Part shown: in pieces, positions 49,801 through 56,361 of the stretch
How the letters are laid out: every line of letters starts with the position of its first letter
Numbering within the stretch: position 1 is the stretch's first letter
DNA from: an uncultured Acidobacteriota bacterium
GTDB lineage: Bacteria > Acidobacteriota > Thermoanaerobaculia > Multivoradales > UBA5704
Direction: 5' to 3'
Assembly (NCBI GenBank): GCA_963700145.1
Contig: OY969474.1
Coordinates: forward strand, 1,024,001-1,088,000
Length of the DNA: 64,000 nucleotides
Program-made: the position numbers and the translations under genes
The notes under the pieces: generated by a model
What the model was told of the DNA's origin: nothing
What the model saw: the letters and a program-made list of their open reading frames with translations, nothing else
Database searches by the model: none

Positions 49801-50778
49801 CGGGCGGCCGCCGGGACGGAGGAGCACCGCAACGACGTCGATCCCCTGCTGATTTACGACGACATGGGCGAAGTCGTCGCTATGCAGGGCGATACGCAAC
49901 GTCGCGGCGCGGCTGCCGGCGAGGGCTGCGGCGCGCGGCTCGCCCGGGCTGAGGAGGAGGTCCGGCGCGGCCGCAGCGCCGCGCGGCCCACGAGGCTCCT
50001 CGCGGACGAGCTCGAAGGAGTACACGGCGAGGAGCTGCGCCCCGGCGTCCGCCACCCCGAACACCCGAACCTCGTAGCTCCCGGCGGTCAGGCTCTCGAC
50101 TGGCAGGATGAGTGAGAAATTACCGAGATCGCTGCGCTGGACATCGTCGTCCGCCCAGATCTTCTCGCCGTGCGCGCCGGCGAGCTCCATCCGATAGCGC
50201 GGGAAGGTGCGCAAGTCCCCCAAGTTGAGTAGCAGCACGAGTCGTGCGCCGCCGGGCGGCGCCGTGACCCGCACCGGCCCCTCCCGCGTGCGCTCGGCGC
50301 CGCTCCCCTGCGGCACCAAGTCCGCTACCACCACATCACCGCTCGGCCCGGCCGTCCGCGAGACCTCGCCGCGGAGGCGAAGCCCCCAGGCGAGGAGGCC
50401 GAGGCAGACCACGAGCGACGCTGCGAGACCCCACACCGCCGCGGCCGCCCAAGCCGAAGTGCGGACCGGCAGTTGCGCTGAACCGTTCAGGCGCTCGACC
50501 AGCCGCTCCCACTCGCGCTCGGTCTCTGGATCCAGGGCATCGGCCTCGGCCGGCGCTGCACCGAACACCATCAGGTCGAGCACCGCCTGCGCGCACTCGG
50601 GACAGAGCGCCAGATGCTCCTGGATCAGCTCCTCCTCTTCGCGCGCGTGGAGGCCCAGCGAGTAGTCGGCGAGCTGAACGGCCGACGGGTGATCCGCGAG
50701 CTCCCGGCTCCGTGCCCGGGCGATCGCCCGGATTGCCGCGTCGAGCCGCGTGTCGTCGAGTTCGTGCGGAGGCGCCAT
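46732..50778 (-). CDS. Zinc-finger anti-sigma / TM / PPC-like / TPR / CHAT protease fusion (1348 aa)
   Basis: TGATG overlap with the sigma gene; EHLALCPEC, a TM helix, TPR repeats (TLHNMG, SLNNLA), HFATHA, VLSACRTG, SLWDVDD, PYYWAGF. Confidence 0.85.
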   Translation of the reverse strand: MAPPHELDDTRLDAAIRAIARARSRELADHPSAVQLADYSLGLHAREEEELIQEHLALCPECAQAVLDLMVFGAAPAEADALDPETEREWERLVERLNGSAQLPVRTSAWAAAAVWGLAASLVVCLGLLAWGLRLRGEVSRTAGPSGDVVVADLVPQGSGAERTREGPVRVTAPPGGARLVLLLNLGDLRTFPRYRMELAGAHGEKIWADDDVQRSDLGNFSLILPVESLTAGSYEVRVFGVADAGAQLLAVYSFELVREEPRGPRGAAAAPDLLLSPGEPRAAALAGSRAATLRIALHSDDFAHVVVNQQGIDVVAVLLRPGGRPLLTVDSPNGAHGPEHLFLVADEDGEYRLEIRPFNEAAAGRFSATLARRPATADDRRRADACRVVSEGDAALARDQPDARQQAVERYEHALKLFNRVGERYPAMVAHMKLGRAWSREGNMQRAVEHWEAAFRSARALGLDAQVSSLHNDLGFAYQRLGEADRARTSYEAAFASARTAGDLREETVSLNNLALLEERAGEPWRALLLFDEALTNWRTLREATGEATTLHNMGSLFTALGRLPEARDALEQALRLHRVSGNRRQEATTAMALGWVRCLEGDFVRGRRDLLWSLALRREVGDRRGEAVTLDRLGSASREAGRPARAVREYEAAWAIFREGDDRRSEANTLSNFGDALVRAGKPAAGLGRLESALPLLLPLGDPSAISYAYFRRAKARRALGDPHGASADLREALTRLESVRAGAESGALRTSYLASVHEQYELAIDLAMDLHGREPAVGHDRAALDLAERARARTLLDLLTQARSSGVVATALAQDGDLRRVERSIRAFGERSDGADGARLRRLLFEREKLLVELRAVAVGERDVAPVIDSLAIQRRVLDRDTLLLVYALGEDRSFVWAVTREQIASAVLPPRAEVEAAVGRLLRLSAKAPGRGMATQAPLVGAEVAKLLLGGIAHRLGDHRLAIVADGVLARVPFSALPDPRGSGRPLVERHEIVVLPSASALEAVRRRTASPRPLSGLVAVVADPVFSRDDERFGRTGRTTGNTAPVVAGLAASTAAVTRAARDLGLRGFARVPFTRQEAAAIVALAPSGQTLQVTGAAANRSLVIDGRLRRYRIVHFATHALLHPQHPELSGLVLSLYDRDGRPQDGFLRSYEIADLSLPVDLVVLSACRTGGGKEVRGEGMVGLTQSFLEAGAAAVLASLWDVDDEATARLMERFYRELLAGGRSPAAALRSAQRSLRADPRWAAPYYWAGFVLAGEWRQPPRMLGDRVSHPRTLPRLAPGDLREEITMDRTSKTQEGSTPGEDNIVKGDKSAEPEGDKVARTQEGSEPDQQNDPKPTDKGV

Positions 50779-51350
50779 CACCGCTCTCCCGCGGCGACCC
50801 GGCGAGCCATGCACCGCTTCACCTGCTGCCGCGCCTCGTGTACGTGAGACTTGACGGTCTCGATCGAAACGTGGAGGAGGTCGGCAATCTCACGATAGTG
50901 GCGGTCCTGGAAGACGTAGAGCCAGAGGCATTGCCGCATCTTGGGCGCAAGCTCGTCGAGGCAGGCCCGCGCCGCCGCCAACTCCTCGGAGACCAGCGCT
51001 TGCTCGAGCGGGTTCGGCGCCGGGGCGGCGCCGACCGGCAGTGCGTGGTCGGCGGCCTCGTTCCCAGGCTCTCCTTCGGCTCCCAACGAGACCTCCTTGA
51101 CGTCTCTCTTGATTGCCCCTCGCCGCCGCAGCTCGTTCTTCCAGACATTCGCGGTGATCCTACGCACCCATGCGTCAGCGGCGGCTTCCGAACGCAAGTT
51201 GCCTATGTTCTGAGAGACACGAACGAAGACGTCCTGGGCGAGCGCGCGGGCCTCGTCGCTCGAGAAGCCTTGGTGGGTGAAGAAGCGATGGACACCTGGG
51301 CGATAGCGCACGAAGAGCTTGTGGACGAGCTCGCGCTGATCGTCGTTCAT
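50778..51350 (-). CDS. ECF-type RNA polymerase sigma factor
   Basis: Region 2 (LAQDVFVRV, AWVRRITAN) and region 4 (YREIADLLHVSIETVKSHVHEAR). Confidence 0.92.
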   Translation of the reverse strand: MNDDQRELVHKLFVRYRPGVHRFFTHQGFSSDEARALAQDVFVRVSQNIGNLRSEAAADAWVRRITANVWKNELRRRGAIKRDVKEVSLGAEGEPGNEAADHALPVGAAPAPNPLEQALVSEELAAARACLDELAPKMRQCLWLYVFQDRHYREIADLLHVSIETVKSHVHEARQQVKRCMARRVAAGER

Positions 51351-51436
51351 GGGGCCTTCCAGCGCTCGATGATAGCGCCGGCGGAAGGCCCGACCGATGT
51401 CCGCGAGAAGCCCCGCCCGTGCGGCGGCGGTCGCTA

Positions 51437-53434
51437 CTACGAGCCCGACTGGGAAGGATCTTGCGGCAACGGGAGCTGCAGCGACGGGAGGTAGGCACCC
51501 TGCTCCTTCGCACCGAAGAGGTGCTCGTAGAGCTGGATGCTGCCGAATGCCCTGCCGAGCTGGCCGAGGAAAAAGAGCAAGACATTGGGCGCGGAAGCGA
51601 AGAGGTGGAGCGTCGCCGAGCGCTCCTCGGGCATCCGCTGGCGGATGCGATAGCTGATGTCATGCGCGAGCTGCAAGGCGTGGAGGCCGTCGGTAACGCC
51701 GGTCGGATTCGGCTTCGGGTAAAGGGACCTTGGAATGACACGGCCCACCGCGGCCCCGGAGTCTCGGAGGTAGTGCGTGACGTCGTCGATTACGGGCCAG
51801 GTCACTCCGACCGCCATCGCGACGTCGAGCTCCGCACCGAGCCAAATGTCCTCCTCCTCGTTCCAGAGCGGCCCTTGGCGCGCCGGCCCAGCCTCGGCTC
51901 GCCAGAGCTGTGGTTTGCCGACCTGACCCTTTTGGTAGAGCGCGATGTCCAGGCCCGATTTCGCCTCCAGGCAGTACCCGGCAGCGAAGGCGAGTGTGGA
52001 ATGGGCCGCGAAGTCGAGGACGATGGGGCGGCCTGGACGTTTGTGGCGGAGTAGAAACTCCCGGAGCTGCGGGAAAACCTCCTCTTGCCAAAGCCGGTGC
52101 TCGCGGATCTTGCGGCCATCGAAGTAGGGCCGGAGATCCAACAGGTCGTCGGGCTTTTCGATAGAGATGAAGGGATCAGGGAAGCTCCAGATGGAGAGCT
52201 GGAGCGGCGGCTCCTCGCGCGGTGTGCGCTTGCTGCGGGTTGTCTCGCCGGCGCCTTCGCTCCGCGCGCCCCGGCTCTTGCTGAAGTCGAAGAGTTGACC
52301 GTCTCCCGGCAGGAAGAGGACCGGCGTGGTCCACTCCAGGGAGTCCCTGTGGTCAGCCAGGATGGCGAGTCGGCCCTCGGTCACGGCCTCCTCCACCGGC
52401 TCACCGGCGGCGAGGCTCTCGTAGAACGCGGCGCTGAACTCGATGGCCGCCCGATCGGAGATCGGGAACTGCATGGCGACCGTGGCCGGGATGTCACGCA
52501 GCATCAGCGAGACCGCCACGCCGGTAAATGGGTCCTTCGATGGCTGCGGCGGGACGGCGCCGCTCCAGCACGAGTTGAGCACGACCAGCCGCAGGTCCCG
52601 CACGTCCTTGAGGAACTCGGCGAAGAACTCACCCGGGACGGCCTCGGCTTCGTGCTGCGCGCCTTCGAAGTACAAACCGAACCGTTCGCGGCCGTTCTCG
52701 AGACGCCCGCCATGACCCATGAAATGAACGATCTGGTAGGGGTGCTTCTTCACCATGCGGCGAAGTTTCCGCACGTCAGGGTGGGTGAAAACGTCCACCG
52801 CGATGTCGGTGCGCCCCCGCAGTGCCTTCTTGATCCGCATCCGTTCCTTGCGCGTGTCGAGCGTATCGAGGCCCTTGGGGGCTGAGTCGATGAGAAGCAC
52901 CCGCAGAGGAGGACGCGCCGGCGCGGGGTCGGGCGCGTGGCGCACGGTGAGCGAGCGCACCACGGGAACGCGGGTGTCCCGGGCAAGGAAAACACCGTCG
53001 TCGAGCAACAACTCCCAGGGCAACGTCGCGATGGGCGCGAAGTCCTCACCCGGGTCGAAGCTCAGGCGGAGCCTGAGCCCGTGCCGCGACCGCGCGCGGC
53101 GGTCCTGCACCGGCGCCATGCTCTGCCTGTAGCGGTCCCGCACCTGACCCGCGAACAGGGCCGCGAAGAGCTTGCCGCCGATGTCGTGCTCAGTCCGCGG
53201 GGAAAGTTTCGGCGCGGATTTCCGCACGCGCATCGCGTCCCGCCAGGCAGGCGAGCTGCGGAGGACGCGCCGCTCGAGCGTCGAGAGCAGCTCGGATCTC
53301 TCGGCCTCGTCGAACGGTGGGTGAAACGGCGAATCCGCCGGCCCGAAGGGCGACCTGACCACGCGAGCCTCGTAGCCGCCTCCTTGGACCGACCGCACCT
53401 CGATCTCGAACTCGTCGTAGGACCTCTTGCTCAT
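51437..53434 (-). CDS. CHAT protease - SAVED cyclic-oligonucleotide sensor fusion (665 aa)
   Basis: LPWELL, HFMGHG, VLNSCWSG, VAMQFPISD; C-terminal SAVED-like segments AAHSTLAFAAGY, VAMAVGVT, LHLFASAPNVLLFFLGQ, IQLYE, YLPS. Confidence 0.85.
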   Translation of the reverse strand: MSKRSYDEFEIEVRSVQGGGYEARVVRSPFGPADSPFHPPFDEAERSELLSTLERRVLRSSPAWRDAMRVRKSAPKLSPRTEHDIGGKLFAALFAGQVRDRYRQSMAPVQDRRARSRHGLRLRLSFDPGEDFAPIATLPWELLLDDGVFLARDTRVPVVRSLTVRHAPDPAPARPPLRVLLIDSAPKGLDTLDTRKERMRIKKALRGRTDIAVDVFTHPDVRKLRRMVKKHPYQIVHFMGHGGRLENGRERFGLYFEGAQHEAEAVPGEFFAEFLKDVRDLRLVVLNSCWSGAVPPQPSKDPFTGVAVSLMLRDIPATVAMQFPISDRAAIEFSAAFYESLAAGEPVEEAVTEGRLAILADHRDSLEWTTPVLFLPGDGQLFDFSKSRGARSEGAGETTRSKRTPREEPPLQLSIWSFPDPFISIEKPDDLLDLRPYFDGRKIREHRLWQEEVFPQLREFLLRHKRPGRPIVLDFAAHSTLAFAAGYCLEAKSGLDIALYQKGQVGKPQLWRAEAGPARQGPLWNEEEDIWLGAELDVAMAVGVTWPVIDDVTHYLRDSGAAVGRVIPRSLYPKPNPTGVTDGLHALQLAHDISYRIRQRMPEERSATLHLFASAPNVLLFFLGQLGRAFGSIQLYEHLFGAKEQGAYLPSLQLPLPQDPSQSGS

Positions 53435-53436
53435 CG

Positions 53437-54441
53437 TCAGGCCTCCAGCACCATCTTCCCGAGCCCGAACGTCGTCCCCTTCCCCACGTGCAGCACCTCG
53501 GCCGTCCGGAGCAGTGGCGCGAACGGCGCGAGGTCCCCTTCGAGGGTGAGCGTTCCCAGGAACCCACCGAGCGCGATCTTCGTTCCCTGCCGCTGGCTGA
53601 AGCGCTCCCAGTCGTGCCAATGAAGGTCCGCAGCGGCGATCTCGACGTTCGAGGAGCGGGCGAGCAGTGGCGCGAAGGCCCAATCGAGGTCGGCCCCCGG
53701 GACGTAGAAGTGAGCCAGCTCGAGAAGGCGCCGCAGCATCGAGAAGGCGAGGGCGCGGAAGCCCGGGGCCTGGGCCAACTGCCCCCGCACCTTCAGGCGC
53801 GTCGGCGTGGCGAACCGCAGCGTGGCCCGCCCATTCGCGGCACCGCCGCTCCCCTCTCCCGCCACCTGCAGCGCCGGCATCGACCCGGCGACGAAGGACC
53901 CTCCGGAGAAGAGCGGCTGCCAGCCGCTGCCTTCCGCGGCCGGTACGGCGGCCTCCTCCAAGACGAAGCGCGCCCGGCGCCACCCGAGCCCCGTCGTCGC
54001 CATCCGCTCCACCGCCAGCAGCACGTAGGCGGCGAGGTCCGCAGCGCAACCGAAGAGCAGAAGGTCGAGCTCGAGCGGGTCACCCGGGGCGAAGTCGGTG
54101 CGGCCGCTCCGGGGCTCGATGACATAGGGCCGCGGCGGCGTCGGCAGGCCGCGGAGGAACGGCGGCGGCTCCTCCTCGATGAAGGTCTCGAACAGCCGCG
54201 TATAGACGCAGGCGCGGCGAAGCGGGCAAGTGACGCAGGGCTGAGCCGGCCCCATCGCGCAAACGGAGCGACGGAGGGCGTTGCCGAAGGCGCCGCGCAG
54301 GAGCGAGCCGTGGTAGGGCGGCAGATGCGCGGGCTCCAGCGCGCGCAGGGTGCAGCGGAGCCGCAGGTACGGAATGCGCGGCAGCAGGTACGGCGCGACC
54401 TCGGGAACAGACCGCTCGCCGCCGAGCGCGAGTGCTTCCAT
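53437..54441 (-). CDS. cas6: CRISPR endoribonuclease Cas6
   Basis: GSLLRGAFG, CxxC..C, PRPYV, FATPTRL, C-terminal G-loop HVGKGTTFGLG. Confidence 0.92.
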   Translation of the reverse strand: MEALALGGERSVPEVAPYLLPRIPYLRLRCTLRALEPAHLPPYHGSLLRGAFGNALRRSVCAMGPAQPCVTCPLRRACVYTRLFETFIEEEPPPFLRGLPTPPRPYVIEPRSGRTDFAPGDPLELDLLLFGCAADLAAYVLLAVERMATTGLGWRRARFVLEEAAVPAAEGSGWQPLFSGGSFVAGSMPALQVAGEGSGGAANGRATLRFATPTRLKVRGQLAQAPGFRALAFSMLRRLLELAHFYVPGADLDWAFAPLLARSSNVEIAAADLHWHDWERFSQRQGTKIALGGFLGTLTLEGDLAPFAPLLRTAEVLHVGKGTTFGLGKMVLEA

Positions 54442-54902
54442 GCCAGAGAAGACACCACCCCGCGACGTTTAGGGGAGAACCACCAGCGGCCGCGCAACCC
54501 CTCCGTGCTGATCAGGTCGTTTCCTCCCGACGAAGCGAACGTCCCTTTGAGCGCAGCCGCCGCAGTCGCAATCCCGCCGTGCTGATCAGGTCGCTTCCTT
54601 CTGGGAGCTTGTCATTCCAAGTGGCCAGGCTCCAACCTTCATCGCGTCGCAATCCCTCCGTGCTGATCAGGTCGTTTCCTCCCAGGATCTTCCAGACATT
54701 CCGTCGCAGGCTTTCCTCCACCTCCTCGAGGTCGCAATCCCTCCGTGCTGATCAGGTCGTTTCCTCCACGAGTGGTGGCCGATCGGCTGGCCGATCCGCA
54801 ACCGCGTGTCGCAATCCCTCCGTGCTGATCAGGTCGTTTCCTCCACGAGTGGTGGCCGATCGGCTGGCCGATCCGCAACCGCGTGTCGCAATCCCTCCGT
54901 GC

Positions 54903-56361
54903 GGGGATGCCCCGTTCCCTGTTGAAAGCCGAAAGAGGGAAAGCGGCTCGGTTGATCATGCCACGGCCTTGGTGTTCGTCGGTTCCTCGATCGCCGCGAG
55001 CGCGAGCTCGAGAGCCCCGAGGTGCCGATGTCCCTTGACACGCCGGAAGCCAGCCTCCGCGTCACACAGCGCCAGGGCGACCCAGCGCAGCACCATGTCG
55101 CCGCCGCGCCAGCGCTTGACGTTGCGCGTCGTCGTACGGATCGAGCCGATCGTGTTCTCGATCGCGTTGGTCGAGGCGAGCAACCGGCGCAGAGCGTCGG
55201 GCAGCTTCAGCCGCAAGGCGGTGAGGGTCTCGTCGAGGCCCTCGCGCAGGCTGCCCGCGGCGCCCGCGTGGCCTGCGTGCTCGAGCCAGCGGGCAAGCTG
55301 CTCGAGGCGACGCTTGGCGAGGTCGAAGCGAGCGCTCTGGTAGGCCTCGACCATCAGGCGGTCGACCCGGGCTTGGAGCTGCTTGGGCAGGTGGTCGCGG
55401 ACGTTGCGGCGCTTGTGGAGCTGGCAGCGCTGGACGTGGGTTGCGTCCCCGAAGACGGCGCGCACGGCCTTGCGCAGCCCCTTGCCGCCGTCGAGCACCG
55501 CCAAGAAGCGCGGCGGCATCGCGAGGCCTCGCTCCAACAGCTCCTGGAGCAGGCCGGTACAGAGCGCCGCGTTCTCCGTCGCGCCTTCACGCAGGCCGAG
55601 CACCCGCTTGGTCCCGTCGCGCGCGATGCCGAGTGCCACCACCAGGGTGTGGCCGGCCACCTCCAGCCCGTCGATCATCAGGATCAGGGGCTGGAAGTCC
55701 GACAGGTCTCGGCGCAGCCACGCGCCCAGCAGACGACGCGTCCCCGCCACCAGCCGGCGCTGGACCGCACTCTTGCTCGTCGCGCGCTCCGGCACCGACT
55801 CTGCGAGCGGCTCCAAGCTCCGACCGTAGCGGCGCTGCGAGACGCCGACCAGCGCCTGCTCGATCACCCGCTCCGTGAAGGGATCTTCGTCCTGAAAGGC
55901 GCGCACCGAAGGCAAGCTCATCTCGCCACCGTCGCGTCGCCGGACGCGCGGTCGCGGCAGCGCCACCTGGCGGCCACCCAGCACGAACTCGCTCGCCGTC
56001 GAGCCCCAGCGGTACGCCTCGCGGGTCGGATTGCGCCGACGCTTCGGACCGACGACGGCCTCGACCTCGTCCGCGAGCTGCCGCCCCAGGGCCTCGACGC
56101 CCGCGGCGTGAAACAGCTCCAGCAGCCCCTGGCGGCTGGCCTCGATGCCCTCGACCATCGGCCGCAGCAGCGCTTGTAGCCCGTGGCTGATGCGCGCCGC
56201 ACGGCCCCCTTGCCACACCACCCGCCTTTCTGCTCTCGTCTTCATCACGGCTCCTTGGCCCCCTGGCGGGGCCGGTTATTCGACCAACCCGATTCTCGAT
56301 CAGGTGGGCCGAGGAGCCGCCTTCACCTCATTGCTCTTTCAACAGCGGGAGGGACAACCCC
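54903..56361 (-). mobile_element. IS256-family element, copy 1 (1459 bp)
   Basis: Imperfect IRs GGGGATGCCCCGTTCCCTGTTGAAAG / GGGGTTGTCCCTCCCGCTGTTGAAAG; 9-bp TSD CCTCCGTGC at 54894-54902 and 56362-56370. Confidence 0.93.
54956..56248 (-). CDS. IS256-family DDE transposase
   Basis: LMIDG, VLDGGKGL, QRCQLHKRRN, STNAIE. Confidence 0.93.
   Translation of the reverse strand: MMKTRAERRVVWQGGRAARISHGLQALLRPMVEGIEASRQGLLELFHAAGVEALGRQLADEVEAVVGPKRRRNPTREAYRWGSTASEFVLGGRQVALPRPRVRRRDGGEMSLPSVRAFQDEDPFTERVIEQALVGVSQRRYGRSLEPLAESVPERATSKSAVQRRLVAGTRRLLGAWLRRDLSDFQPLILMIDGLEVAGHTLVVALGIARDGTKRVLGLREGATENAALCTGLLQELLERGLAMPPRFLAVLDGGKGLRKAVRAVFGDATHVQRCQLHKRRNVRDHLPKQLQARVDRLMVEAYQSARFDLAKRRLEQLARWLEHAGHAGAAGSLREGLDETLTALRLKLPDALRRLLASTNAIENTIGSIRTTTRNVKRWRGGDMVLRWVALALCDAEAGFRRVKGHRHLGALELALAAIEEPTNTKAVA

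Noticed and set aside
46732-50778. Assignment as type III-E Craspase (Csx29)
   Set aside because: There is no Cas7-11; the locus is a multi-subunit Cmr with Cas10, and this TPR-CHAT has an anti-sigma/TM N-terminus.
54688-54701. 14-nt match (TCTTCCAGACATTC) between a trailer spacer and the sigma gene at 51137-51150, suggesting self-regulation
   Set aside because: A match this short is expected by chance, and the crRNA would be the same sense as the mRNA, so it could not pair.
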